From positions 162,871-226,870 of the forward strand of contig CAVQBY010000001.1 of assembly GCA_963710925.1 (NCBI GenBank): DNA of 64,000 nt. The letters run 5' to 3'. This document shows positions 18,414 through 28,681 of this stretch, in pieces (position 1 is the first letter of the stretch; the number at the start of each line of letters is the position of its first letter). Position numbers and translations under genes: made by a program. Below the pieces are notes generated by a model. It was given only the letters and a program-made list of their open reading frames with translations. It was not told where the DNA came from and ran no database searches. This DNA comes from an uncultured Pseudomonadota bacterium (GTDB taxonomy: Bacteria; Pseudomonadota; Alphaproteobacteria; Micropepsales; Micropepsaceae).

Positions 18414-19058
18414 ATGCACCGCCCCGATCCCCTGCTGGACCGCGAACCAACTGAATCCAAAGGATATTCCGATCCCTTCCGCTTTCCCGGCTTCGACGAC
18501 ATCGACGAGCCCGACAAGCACCTGCCGGACTTCGTCGAGTGCCGGCGGCGGCGCGGCGCGCCGGCGGCGCCCGAGCCCGCGTCCGTGCCCGAGACCGACG
18601 AGGCCGCCGCCGCCCGGCTGGCCCGCTGGGCGGAGATCACCCGCGCGGAAACCGCCGCCCATGGCGGGCTCATGCCCCTGGTCGAGGATGTGCCGCCGCC
18701 GGCGGGCGGCTGGACCCAGATCCCGCTCAAAGAGCCCATGGGCCCGCCCGCGCCGCCCGCGGCGAAAGCCGCGAACTCCCCGGATGCGGCCGAGGCCGAG
18801 CTGACCGGCGTCATCGCCGATTGCCGCATGCTGATGCGCGAGGTGGCAATGGCCTCGGCGCGGCTGACCTGCGGCCCGGACGAGCGGCTGCGTTTCATCA
18901 ATTCGGCCTGCCGCGCCGCGCACGCCGCCGCCGCGGCCGGCAAGATGGTCGCCAAGCTGCGCGCGGCCAGCGCCGGGGCCATGGAGGAGAACCGCCAGCG
19001 CATCATCGTCGAGCGGGTCGAGCGCGGTCCCGCCGCCGTCTCCGGCGGCGCCGGCTAG
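18414..19058 (+). CDS. Hypothetical protein
   Basis: AAAGGAG RBS; Pro/acidic N-half and helical C-half; host-like codon usage. Confidence 0.65.
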   Translation: MHRPDPLLDREPTESKGYSDPFRFPGFDDIDEPDKHLPDFVECRRRRGAPAAPEPASVPETDEAAAARLARWAEITRAETAAHGGLMPLVEDVPPPAGGWTQIPLKEPMGPPAPPAAKAANSPDAAEAELTGVIADCRMLMREVAMASARLTCGPDERLRFINSACRAAHAAAAAGKMVAKLRAASAGAMEENRQRIIVERVERGPAAVSGGAG

Positions 19059-19072
19059 GGGGAGGGGGGTAG

Positions 19073-19369
19073 GTGAAAAATCGCCAAAACGCGAAAACGA
19101 AAATCAAGCTCTTGCGGCCCGAGGATGTCTGGCACCCACATCGTGGTGGCCGCCCCGGAAACGCCAATGCCCTGAAGACCGGCCTGCACACCGCCGAGAT
19201 CCGCGATTTGCGCCGCCGCCTGCGCGCCTGGCGCCATCGCGCCAGGGCCGCCATCGCGTGCGCAGAGGACCAGCTTTCCTCCCCCGTAAACGGGAGAGGA
19301 TCTCCGGGCGGTGACGTTGCCCCAACAAACGCCAAGGGGCCGCACGATGGCGGCCCCAAGACGCTCTAG
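19073..19369 (+). CDS. Hypothetical basic protein with a GGxPGNxNALKTGLHT motif
   Basis: Motif resembles terminase-small-subunit-like/HGGxSTG-associated peptides; 3' end runs into a palindromic repeat. Confidence 0.5.
   Translation: MKNRQNAKTKIKLLRPEDVWHPHRGGRPGNANALKTGLHTAEIRDLRRRLRAWRHRARAAIACAEDQLSSPVNGRGSPGGDVAPTNAKGPHDGGPKTL
19275..19300. repeat. REP-like hairpin
   Basis: TTTCCTCCCCCGTAAACGGGAGAGGA, related to the 15722 element. Confidence 0.5.
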
Positions 19370-19390
19370 AGAAGTCGGAAAAAAGGCGGA

Positions 19391-19720
19391 TCAGCCCTGC
19401 AGCGAGCTTTCGATCCACTCCTTGATCTTGGATTGCGGCAGCGCGCCCACCTTGGTCGCGGCCACTTGGCCGTCGCGGAAGATCATCAGCGTCGGCACGC
19501 CGCGCACGCCATATTTGGTGGGGATGCCGGGGTTCTCGTCGATATTGACCTTGGCGACGGTGATCTTGTCCTCGAGCTCGCCGGCCAGCGCATCCAGCGC
19601 CGGGGCGATCATCTTGCAGGGCCCGCACCATTCGGCCCAGAAATCGACGACGACGGGCTTTTTCGCGTCCAGAACGTCGCTCTGGAAGGAACTGTCGGAA
19701 ACCTTGATGGGCTGGCTCAT
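19391..19720 (-). CDS. trxA: Thioredoxin
   Basis: DFWAEWCGPCK; immediately downstream of addA. Confidence 0.97.
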   Translation of the reverse strand: MSQPIKVSDSSFQSDVLDAKKPVVVDFWAEWCGPCKMIAPALDALAGELEDKITVAKVNIDENPGIPTKYGVRGVPTLMIFRDGQVAATKVGALPQSKIKEWIESSLQG

Positions 19721-19792
19721 GGGGGGTCCTTGGGCAGATGATGGGGTCTTGGATTCAATCTAGGAACGCCCCCCCAAAGGGTCAAGGCGGGC

Positions 19793-22700
19793 TCACGCGG
19801 GGCCGTCCTGCGCCGCCAGACGGGCCCGGATCTGGGCCGTTTCGGCGTCCAGCAGCGCGTCGGGAAGCCGCATCAGGCTGGGCCCCTCGGTCCACACCAG
19901 CGCGGTTCCGATTCGTTTGCCGGGGAAGATCTTGGCCAGCGCCGCGCGGTAGAGCGCCATCTGCGCGATGTAGACCGGCGACACATCCTCGGGCCGCCGC
20001 GGGGCGGGGCGGTTGGTCTTGAAATCGATCGCCAGCACCGCGGCTTCGGTCACCGCCAGCCGGTCGATGCGGCCATGGATGCGGGCGCCCGCGCCCAGCT
20101 CCGGCAGGTCGGCGACGATGGCCACCTCCGCCCGCCCCGCCGGCGCGAAGGCCGGGGCGAAATCGGGGTGGTCCAGCACCGCCAGGGTTTCGGCCGTCAG
20201 CGCCGCGGCCGTCTGCGCATCGATCTGGCGGGCCGTCAGATATTTCTGCGCGATTTCCGCGCGCGCCGGCGGCGCGATGTCGGGCAGCCGCGCCAGCAGG
20301 GCATGGATCAGCAGCCCGCGCTGGAAGCGCGCCGCCCCGCCATCGCCCAGCGGCGACAGCCCCGCCGGCTCCTCGGCCGCCACCGCATCGGAGGGCCGGA
20401 TGATCCGGGGATGCAGGATTTCGCGTGGCGGTCTGGTGCGCACCCAGCCGGGCAGGGCGACCTCCGGCTCGGGCTGTGCCGCCTTTGCCTCGCCGCGCAC
20501 GGGCGTGCCGTCGCCCAGCACCAGCACGGTCTCCTCGCCATGTGGCTCGGGCGTGCCGACCCTTTGCGCCGCGCGTTCGCACAGGTCGTACCAGCTGCCC
20601 TCCTTGACCCCATGGCGGCCCTCGAAGCCGCAGATGATGAGCTGTTCGCGCGCCCGCGTCAGCGCCACATACAACAGGCGGCGGCGCTCCTTCATCGTCT
20701 CGCGCCGGGCGGCCTCCTTCGCCGCCTTGACCTTTTCGGGCGCCTCCTTGTCGGCCATCGGATACACGATCGCGCCATCCTCCGTATACAGAAGGTCGCC
20801 GCGCTTGCCCGGCGGGTCGGGCAGGGTGGTGGTGTCCGGCAGGATGACGATGTCGGCCTCCAGCCCCTTGGCGCCGTGCACGGTCATGACGCGCACCTCG
20901 TTGCGGCCGCGGTCCATGTCGCGCTTGATCTCGGCGTCGCCCTGTTCCACCCAGTGCAGGAAGCCCTGCAGGCTGGGGGTGTTGAGCGCTTCGTAAGACA
21001 GCGCCAGCGACAGGAATTCGTCGATGGCGTCATTGGCCTCGGTGCCCAGCCGTCCGATCAGCCGCTTGCGCATGCCGTGATGCATCAGTGCGGTGGCATA
21101 GAATTCGTAAGGCGGCCGGTAGTCGGCCTGGGCGCGCATCTCCTTGAGGAAGGCATGGGCGAAGCCGAACACGGCGTTCTCGCCCTCGCGCATTTCCAGT
21201 TCGCGCCACAGCGTGCCCTCGCGGTCGATGCACAGCGCGTAGAGCTCCTCCTCGGTGAGGCCGAGCATGGGTGAGCGCAACAGCGCCGCCAGGTTGAGCT
21301 CGTCCTCGGGCAGCAGCACGAAGCGGCCCAGCGCCATCAGGTCCATGACCGCGATCTGCTGGGTCAGGCGGATGCGGTCGGCGCCGGCCACCGCGATTCC
21401 CCGCTCCTTGAGCTGGCGGATGATCTCGCTGGCAAAGGGCTCGCGCCGCGGCATCAGCACCATGATGTCGCCCGGCCTTATGGGCTCGGTGTGCCCCGGC
21501 AGGCGCGTGCGCCCGTCGGTCCAGCTCTGGATGCGGGCCGCCAGGCGTTCGGCCAGCCGCCGCACCGGGCTGTTGGGCGCGACCGCATCGACGGGTTGCC
21601 ACGGATCGATGTCCTCGCGCGGGTCCGGCTGCAGCGCCGGCCACAGCTCCACCCGGCCCCTGGCCCCGGCGCGGTGGGCGATATGGGTGATGGGGCCCTC
21701 CGCCGAGGTCAGCCCCTCGCGCGCCTCCGCATCGGCGAATACTGCGTCGACGAAGGCCAGCACTTCGGGGGCCGAGCGCCGCGAGGTGTCGAGCTGCACA
21801 TCGACGAAGTCCTCGCCGTCGCCTTTTGCGTGGAGGGCGAAGTGGCGGCGATTGACCTCGAACTGGACAGGGTCCGCGCCCTGGAAGCTGAAGATGGATT
21901 GCTTCTCGTCGCCCACCGCGAAGATGGTGCGGGGGTCCTTCTGCGGGTTGCGCACGCCCGCGCCGGCGAAGAACTCCTCGGTCAGCGCCCGCACGATGTC
22001 CCATTGCTCGGGGCTGGTATCCTGGGCTTCGTCGATCAGGATGTGGTCGAGGCCCCCATCCATCTTGTAGAGCACCCAGGCGGCGGCCTCGCGCTTCTTC
22101 AGCAGGGCCAGGCTCCCGGCGATGAGATCGTCATAATCGAGCACGCCGCGGAACCGCTTCTCTTCCGCATAGACCTTGCGCACGGCATCGGCCAGCGTCA
22201 GCGCCGCCTCCGCGAGGGCGGCGGCATGGGCCGCGCGGCGGCGTTCCTCCGCCGCCACCAGCCGCTCGGCGACGCGCTGCACATAGTCCAGGAGGTCCGG
22301 CCGCGCATCGGCCAGCTTCTTGGTCGCCAGCCGCTTGCGCACCTCGCCGTCATTGGTCAGCAGGGCGCCGCGGAAGGCGGGGTAGGCGGAGCTCTCCCCG
22401 TCGAGCCCCACCGCCAGCGCCAGCGCGTCGCCGCGCTCGACATCGGTTTTGGTTCCCCCCATCAACCAGGCGATCACCGCCTTGAGCTGATCTTCCTCGG
22501 CTTTGGCCTGTGCGCAGAACTCGCTCGTGATCCGCTCATGGGTGTCGCGCTCGCCGGCGCCATGGGCGGCGCGGACGATGCGGGCAAAGGCCGCCCCGTC
22601 GCCGTCGATCCCGGCGAAGAAGCGTTCGAGCTGGCGCCGGTCATTGCCCAGCGCCGCGTCGAGGATCTGCTGCAGCCGTCCTTCGCTCGTCTGCGTCACC

Positions 22701-23233
22701 AGAAAGGCCACGGCCCCATTAAGCTGTTCGTCGCCGGCGCCCGCTCGCTCCAGCACGCGCGCGCGCGCTTCCCCGATCAGCTCGCGCGCAGTCTGGTCGT
22801 CGAGCACGCGAAAGCCCGGCGGAACACCGGCTTCGAGCGGAAAGCGCGACAGCAGATATTGGCAGAAGGAATGGATGGTCTGGATCTTGAGGCCGCCCGG
22901 CGTCTCGAGCGCCATCGCGAAGAGCCGCCGCGCCTGGCGCAAACCCTCCGCATCGCGTGTGCCGCCGCCGATTTCCTCAATCTTCGTGGACAACACCTCG
23001 TCCGCCAGCATCGCCCAGGAACCAAGCTGGTCGAACAGCCGCCCCTGCATCTCGGCGGCGGCGGATTTCGTATAGGTCAGGCACAGAATGCGTTCGGGTT
23101 TGGCGCCGTCCAGCAACAGCCGTGTCACGCGATTGGCGAGCGTGTAGGTCTTGCCCGACCCGGCATGGGCGGAGACCCAGGCCGAGCGGCGCGGATGAGC
23201 GGCGCTGAGTGCATCGTTGCCGCGCGCACTCAT
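19793..23233 (-). CDS. addA: Double-strand break repair helicase/nuclease AddA
   Basis: AHAGSGKT, LIDEAQD, VGDEKQSIFSFQGA, TVHGAKGLE, YVALTRA, GRIDRL...IDFKT. Confidence 0.96.
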   Translation of the reverse strand: MSARGNDALSAAHPRRSAWVSAHAGSGKTYTLANRVTRLLLDGAKPERILCLTYTKSAAAEMQGRLFDQLGSWAMLADEVLSTKIEEIGGGTRDAEGLRQARRLFAMALETPGGLKIQTIHSFCQYLLSRFPLEAGVPPGFRVLDDQTARELIGEARARVLERAGAGDEQLNGAVAFLVTQTSEGRLQQILDAALGNDRRQLERFFAGIDGDGAAFARIVRAAHGAGERDTHERITSEFCAQAKAEEDQLKAVIAWLMGGTKTDVERGDALALAVGLDGESSAYPAFRGALLTNDGEVRKRLATKKLADARPDLLDYVQRVAERLVAAEERRRAAHAAALAEAALTLADAVRKVYAEEKRFRGVLDYDDLIAGSLALLKKREAAAWVLYKMDGGLDHILIDEAQDTSPEQWDIVRALTEEFFAGAGVRNPQKDPRTIFAVGDEKQSIFSFQGADPVQFEVNRRHFALHAKGDGEDFVDVQLDTSRRSAPEVLAFVDAVFADAEAREGLTSAEGPITHIAHRAGARGRVELWPALQPDPREDIDPWQPVDAVAPNSPVRRLAERLAARIQSWTDGRTRLPGHTEPIRPGDIMVLMPRREPFASEIIRQLKERGIAVAGADRIRLTQQIAVMDLMALGRFVLLPEDELNLAALLRSPMLGLTEEELYALCIDREGTLWRELEMREGENAVFGFAHAFLKEMRAQADYRPPYEFYATALMHHGMRKRLIGRLGTEANDAIDEFLSLALSYEALNTPSLQGFLHWVEQGDAEIKRDMDRGRNEVRVMTVHGAKGLEADIVILPDTTTLPDPPGKRGDLLYTEDGAIVYPMADKEAPEKVKAAKEAARRETMKERRRLLYVALTRAREQLIICGFEGRHGVKEGSWYDLCERAAQRVGTPEPHGEETVLVLGDGTPVRGEAKAAQPEPEVALPGWVRTRPPREILHPRIIRPSDAVAAEEPAGLSPLGDGGAARFQRGLLIHALLARLPDIAPPARAEIAQKYLTARQIDAQTAAALTAETLAVLDHPDFAPAFAPAGRAEVAIVADLPELGAGARIHGRIDRLAVTEAAVLAIDFKTNRPAPRRPEDVSPVYIAQMALYRAALAKIFPGKRIGTALVWTEGPSLMRLPDALLDAETAQIRARLAAQDGPA

Positions 23234-26220
23234 TCCTCGTCTCCTTCCCAGCCCGTCAGCGACCATTCGCGCGCCCGCGCCAGATGATCGTAATCGCCCG
23301 GCATGTCGACGCGGACAGGTTTGACGCGCGGGATATAGGGCGTCCGCGCGGAATCGAATTTTGCGATCCGGTCGATCAGCTTGTCCTCGGCGGCCTTCAC
23401 CAGTGCGGCGATATCGCCCGGCAGGGACCGGATCTCGCCCGGCTCCGCGCCGCCGCCGAAGCGGATATAGACAAGCTCGGTCGCTGCGAGCTTGCCGATC
23501 CCCTCGAATCCGCCGTCTGCCAGGATCGCCCCCTCCAGCGGCAGCTGGGGCGAAAGAAGCGCCGCAACCTGCTTGTTGCTGACAAGATTGCCGGTCTTGT
23601 AGTCGATGATGGCCGCGCCGCCGGTCTTGAGAATGTCGATCCGGTCGGCACGGGCGCGCAATCTGAACGCGCCAGCCGGTCCGGAGAATGTGCGTGCGCC
23701 CTTGGTCTCGACATGCGAGGCGCTGATGCCGTCGCGGCGCTGGCGTTCCTCGCGCACGAACCAGTGTGCCGCGCGCACGAAGCGCGGATACCAGATGGCC
23801 CGTGTCGCCCTGGGCAGCGCCAGCTCGCGGAACACATCGTCGGCGATCGTGATGAGTTGCAGCGCGGCGTCTACCGGTAGCGGCCCCGGAAACTGTTTCA
23901 AGAAGCGCTCGAGCGCCGCATGCACGGCGGTGCCGCGCTCCAGCGGTCCGATCTCGCCGTCCAGCGGATCGAGCGGACGCAGGCGAAGGACATGCTTGGC
24001 ATAGATCGCATAGGGATCGCGCAACCAGGTCTCGATATCCGTCACGGACAGATCGCGCGGTCGCCGGTCGACCGGCGGTTTCGGCTCGGGCCGTTTCAGC
24101 GCCAACATGCGCGCGTCGGGGGCATCCAGCCTGCGGGCCAGCGCGAGATGTCGGCCGGCGGCCTGCAGCGCCGGCGCGGCCCCGAGTCCGCTCGTCAGCT
24201 GGACCAGGCGCTGCCACCAGCGCGAGGCGACGCTCGGCGATCCTTCCGACTTCAGGGCGCGCGTGAGGACGACACGTGGCGCCGCGGCCAGACTGGCAAA
24301 GTCATGTGCGGCCAGACCGATCGCACGTTCCGGCTGTTCGAGGCCAAGTTTCTTGCGCATCGGCCGCGACAGCCAGGCGTCGATCGCGGCAGCGCGCGGC
24401 CAGCTGTCCTCGTTCAGCCCGCCCAGCACGACCAGATCGAAGTTCTGCAGACGGGCCTCAAGCGGGCCCAGGATGGCAAGCCTGGGATGGCTGGCATAAG
24501 TCGGGCGCACCGCGCGCTCCTCGGCGAGGCCGCGGAACAGGACGGGATAGGAACTCGGCTCGATTGCCGGAATGTTTGCCCCAGCCTCCGCCAGAGTTGC
24601 GATCAGGGACGCGGCCGCCTCGCCGGCGTCGCCCCGCCAGAGCCGGTCACCGCCGTCGCCGTCGGCCGTCGCCGCCAGGGCCTCCGCGACGGCGACATGC
24701 GCGTTGAGCGCGTCGGTGATCGTGACCTTGCGGTCGGCCAGTGTCGTAGCCAGGGGCGCGAGCAGGGCCATCACCCCCGCGAACCAGCGCTGTGTTTCGC
24801 CGATCCCGGCGCGGATCTCCGGATCGCGCGCCTCGGATTTGGCCCGTCCGATCATGGCCTCGATGCTGGCCAGACCGTGATCGGGACGCGGCCCCCGCAG
24901 GCACAGCCGGTCGAGCGTCCGCACCTGCACGCGAAATGCCGCCGGCGTTTCACCACCCGCAGCCAAGGGGTGCTTCAGCAGTGCCAGCAAGGGCACCGGT
25001 GCGAAACCGGCGTCGGCCGCCTCGGCGAGGTGGCACAGAAAGGCACCGGGGGCGGTGTGCGCCAAGGGTCGGCCGGCGGAATCATCGATGGTGATATCCC
25101 AACGTTCCAGTTCGGCCGCGACCCGCCGCGCCAGATTGCGATCGGGCGTGACAAGCGCGGCGGTCTCGGTCTTGCGTTCCAGCACCTCGCGCAGGATCAA
25201 CGCGATGGTGGCCGCTTCCTCGCCCGGTTCCGCGGCTTCGATCAGCGTCAGCCCATCGAGGCCCGGCAGCACGTCCGCGCCGCCTTCTTCGGCAATGCTG
25301 CGCCAGGCGTCAGTCGTCGGTGCCGGCCGCAGCGCTTCGCGCAACAGGGCCTCGCGGCGCGAGGGGGCTGCCTTCATATCCCACGGCGTCACCTCGGCCC
25401 GGCTGCAACCGATCCGATCGAGCAGCTGCTTCATGCCGAACTGCGGATGGCCGGGGTCCAGATTGTCCCAGCTGCCGGCGTCGAGACCGAAGTCGAGGCC
25501 CGGAAGGATCACGGCCCCCTGCGGCAGACTCGCGATCGCGCGCAGGAGATCGGCCGTGGCGGGAATGCTGCCGGTCGAACCGGCGGCAATCACGGGCCCG
25601 GTTGGCGCGGCGGTTTCCAGCCTGCGCGTCAGCGCTGCCAGCGCGGCATTGCGCCGGGCCGCCGGGTTCATCGCACCTTCCGCGGCCAGCAGGCTCGGCC
25701 ATTCCTCTCGCAGCAGCGCCAGGAAGTCCTTCACCTCCGCCCAATGCTTCGCCAGGTCGAGTGGCGCGAGGTCTTCGAGTTTGGTGAGCGCGACCCCTTG
25801 CGTCTCGGCTTCGGCCAGGAACGCGGCCAATGCGCCGCCGAGCGTGGCGGCCTGCGCGAAGGTCAGCCCGCCACCGCGCATCCTTTGATCCCAGCGCTGA
25901 ACGAGTGTGGCCAGCAGAAGGCGTTGCCGCACCGGTCCGATGGCCGGCGGCAGTTCGAGATCGTTGGCCGTCGCCTCGAAGACGAAATTCTCTTCGTCGA
26001 CATCGCCCAGCGGCTTGATCTCGGGCAGCAGCGCCGCGCCCCCCAGCACGCGGGCAAAGGCCTCCGCGACGGTGCGCGTGGCACGCCGTGTGGGCAGGTA
26101 GATGGTGACGCGCGACAGGGCCAACGGGTCGGCGTCGCCGCCAAATCGGGAAATCACCCCGCGCGCGAGAAGCTCTGCGAACGCGGTGCCGGCCGGGATC
26201 GTGAAGACGTTCGCGGCCAT
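23230..26220 (-). CDS. addB: Double-strand break repair protein AddB
   Basis: YLPTRRA, AAGSTGS, HPQFG, DDSAG, RDPYAIYA, RADRID...IDYKTG. Confidence 0.96.
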   Translation of the reverse strand: MAANVFTIPAGTAFAELLARGVISRFGGDADPLALSRVTIYLPTRRATRTVAEAFARVLGGAALLPEIKPLGDVDEENFVFEATANDLELPPAIGPVRQRLLLATLVQRWDQRMRGGGLTFAQAATLGGALAAFLAEAETQGVALTKLEDLAPLDLAKHWAEVKDFLALLREEWPSLLAAEGAMNPAARRNAALAALTRRLETAAPTGPVIAAGSTGSIPATADLLRAIASLPQGAVILPGLDFGLDAGSWDNLDPGHPQFGMKQLLDRIGCSRAEVTPWDMKAAPSRREALLREALRPAPTTDAWRSIAEEGGADVLPGLDGLTLIEAAEPGEEAATIALILREVLERKTETAALVTPDRNLARRVAAELERWDITIDDSAGRPLAHTAPGAFLCHLAEAADAGFAPVPLLALLKHPLAAGGETPAAFRVQVRTLDRLCLRGPRPDHGLASIEAMIGRAKSEARDPEIRAGIGETQRWFAGVMALLAPLATTLADRKVTITDALNAHVAVAEALAATADGDGGDRLWRGDAGEAAASLIATLAEAGANIPAIEPSSYPVLFRGLAEERAVRPTYASHPRLAILGPLEARLQNFDLVVLGGLNEDSWPRAAAIDAWLSRPMRKKLGLEQPERAIGLAAHDFASLAAAPRVVLTRALKSEGSPSVASRWWQRLVQLTSGLGAAPALQAAGRHLALARRLDAPDARMLALKRPEPKPPVDRRPRDLSVTDIETWLRDPYAIYAKHVLRLRPLDPLDGEIGPLERGTAVHAALERFLKQFPGPLPVDAALQLITIADDVFRELALPRATRAIWYPRFVRAAHWFVREERQRRDGISASHVETKGARTFSGPAGAFRLRARADRIDILKTGGAAIIDYKTGNLVSNKQVAALLSPQLPLEGAILADGGFEGIGKLAATELVYIRFGGGAEPGEIRSLPGDIAALVKAAEDKLIDRIAKFDSARTPYIPRVKPVRVDMPGDYDHLARAREWSLTGWEGDEE

Positions 26221-26228
26221 GGCGCCGC

Positions 26229-26957
26229 CTAGGCCGGCGCCAGATCGGCGAGGAAGGCTTCGGACTCGGCAATCGCCTCCGGCCGGTCAATGTGCATCCA
26301 CACGCCGTCCAGGCGCTGGCCATAAAGCCGGCCCTTGGAAATCGCGACGTCCCAGAGCGGGTTGATCGAAAACTTTCCGCCCGGCGCGGTGTCGAACAGC
26401 CGCGGATGCAGGATTTCGACGCTCATCCAGACGAATGGAGAGATGTGATGCTCCGGAACGCGCGAAAGCCGCCCCTCGGCGTCCATCATGAAATCCCCGC
26501 GTCCGTCATAGCAGACGGTGCGCACCGTGGGCGCGAGCAGCATCAGCGCATCCATGGCCTCGGGGTCCCAGCGTGCCTTGAGCCGTTCCAGTGCGCTGGC
26601 GGTCCCTTCGACCCACACCGTGTCCGAATTGACGTGAAAGAAGGGTTCGCCTTCGAAATGCGGCAGCGCCTTGTAGATTCCGCCTCCGGAATCGAGCAGC
26701 TCGTTGCGCTCGTCGGAAATATGAATCTCGACGTCCTTGCGCTTCGACAGATGCTCTTCGATCATGTCGCCGCGATAATGCACATTGACGACGATCTTCC
26801 TGACTCCCGCCTGCACCAGGCGGTCAATGACATGGTCGATCAGCGCTTTGCCCTGCACCTCGACAAGCGGCTTGGGACGTTCCTCGGTCAACGGCCGCAT
26901 GCGTGTGCCCAGGCCGGCCGCCATGATCATTGCGCGCGTCGGTCCGGCGATGCTCAA
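26229..26957 (-). CDS. murU: MurNAc-alpha-1-phosphate uridylyltransferase (nucleotidyltransferase)
   Basis: MAAGLGTRMRPLT..PKPL; between amgK and addB; TTG start overlaps the upstream stop. Confidence 0.85.
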   Translation of the reverse strand: MSIAGPTRAMIMAAGLGTRMRPLTEERPKPLVEVQGKALIDHVIDRLVQAGVRKIVVNVHYRGDMIEEHLSKRKDVEIHISDERNELLDSGGGIYKALPHFEGEPFFHVNSDTVWVEGTASALERLKARWDPEAMDALMLLAPTVRTVCYDGRGDFMMDAEGRLSRVPEHHISPFVWMSVEILHPRLFDTAPGGKFSINPLWDVAISKGRLYGQRLDGVWMHIDRPEAIAESEAFLADLAPA

Positions 26958-28075
26958 TCTGTTGCTCCTTCCATCGGCGGGGCCGTCCGTGCACGCATCG
27001 GAATCTTTCGATCGTACCACGTCTTCAGGGGGCCTAGCGCCGGATGGGCGAGATCCCGGTTGAGATAGCCCCAGACACGCGGCAGATGGCCAAGATAGCG
27101 CGGCTTGCCATCGCGTTTGAACAGGCGTGCGAAGATGCCCACAATCTTGGCGTTGCGTTGCGCGGCGATGACGGCCATCTCCGCCCGGTGTGCTGTTTCG
27201 TCCACCGCCGTGCCCTGGGCCTTCATCGCGGTCAGATAGTGCCCGGTCATGGCCTCGGCGAGGTCCGGGCGCCACGTCACGGCGTGCATCTTCGATGAGC
27301 GAGACCAGATCGTAGCTCCGGGTGCCGGCAACGGCATCCTGGAAGTCGATCACGCCGATCCGCGACAATGCGCTGCGTTCGGCAAGCCACAACAGGTTCT
27401 GCGCATGGTAATCGCGATGGACGAACACGGTCGGGTTTGCCAGCACCGGCGCGAGGGCCGCGCGCCACAGGGCACGATGTTCCTCGATCTCGTCCGGCTC
27501 TGCCGCACGGCCAATTCCCACAGGGAAGAACCACTCCGTCACCAGATCGGTCTCGGCGAGCAGGGCGGTCGTGTCATAGGCATAAAGCGGCTTGTCCCCG
27601 ATCGCAGATCGGGGCGGTCTCGGCGGTGAAGCCGCGCCAGCGCGTCGACGGCGCCGCGATACAGTTCTGCTTCGTCGCGCCCGGCGGCGATCGCATCGGC
27701 ATAGAGATGTTCGCCCAGATCCTCCATCAGTACGAAGCCCTCGCCGGGTATCGGCGGCGAAGATCTCGGGCGCGCTCATCCCCCGCGCACGCAAGATATT
27801 CCGCGACCGCCACGAAACGCGCGCAATCGGCGCCGGCCAGCCGCGCCACGGCGTTGTAGCCGAGCGCGCGGCGTTCCTCCTCGCTGGCCTCGGGCGGGCA
27901 GGGTGGCGTCTCGGCATCCAGCGGCTGGTCCATCAGCATGGCGATCTTGCCCGCCCGGCTGACGCGCAGATAGCGGCGGGTGGACGCGTCGACCGGCGAG
28001 CGGCGTCAGCGTGGCGTCCGCCCAGCCGGCTTCCCGCAGAAAATTGTGGATGGCGTCGTCGCGCTCAACCGGCAT
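26954..28075 (-). CDS. amgK: AmgK-like anomeric MurNAc/GlcNAc kinase (APH family), frameshifted
   Basis: MEDLG, HRDYHAQNL, IDFQDA, GIFARLFKRDGKPRYL across frames. Confidence 0.8.
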
Positions 28076-28549
28076 GAAAATTCGTCTCCGAAAATCATGT
28101 CGGCCCAGCGCGCCGGCCCATGCAGCCGGGCCTCGCGCGACGACGGGCCGGTACTGCGCAACTCGATATGCAGCGCGTCCGGCGGCAGGCGGTCCGCTGC
28201 GCGGTCCGGCCATTCGATCAGTGCGCACCCGTCGATCAGCGCCTCGTCCAGTCCCAGCTCGTCCATTCTGCCGGATCGGCGATCCGGTACAGATCGTAGT
28301 GGCTGACGGCAAGCCCGCCGCTCATATTGCTGCACCAGGGTGAAGGTCGGACTGGGGATGGTGCCGGTGACGCCCAGCGCACGCAGCATGGCGCGCGCCA
28401 GCGTGGTCTTCCCCGCCCCGAGATCGCCCTCCAGTGCGACGCTGTCGCCGGCCCGCAACCCTGCGGCAATCTGCGCGCCCAGCGCCTCTGTGGCGGCCAG
28501 ATCGGCCAGCGGCAGGGTCCGCGCGAAATCCCTTGATACCCATGCTCAT
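28076..28549 (-). CDS. tsaE: t6A biosynthesis ATPase TsaE (frameshifted; 3' end uncertain)
   Basis: LEGDLGAGKTT, PSPTFTLVQ, HYDLYRI, LIEWP. Confidence 0.9.
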
Positions 28550-28681
28550 CTGTTGCCTTTTAGCCCGCCCGCGAGCCGCTCTCAACGCGCCCCAGACCGT
28601 TGATTCCGGGGCCATGGTCGGACATGGTACCAGACGGTCCCGAACCAGGGCGCATTTGGGGCTATCCCGGATTGTAGAGGC

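Noticed and set aside
19793-24217. AddA with a 327-aa N-terminal extension
   Set aside because: The extension overlaps addB out of frame; the true start is 23233, coupled to the addB stop
26229-28549. TsaE-AmgK or AmgK-MurU fusion
   Set aside because: amgK has its own stop at 26954 and its own GGAGA RBS and ATG at 28075; the tsaE end is blurred by indels, so a fusion cannot be supported
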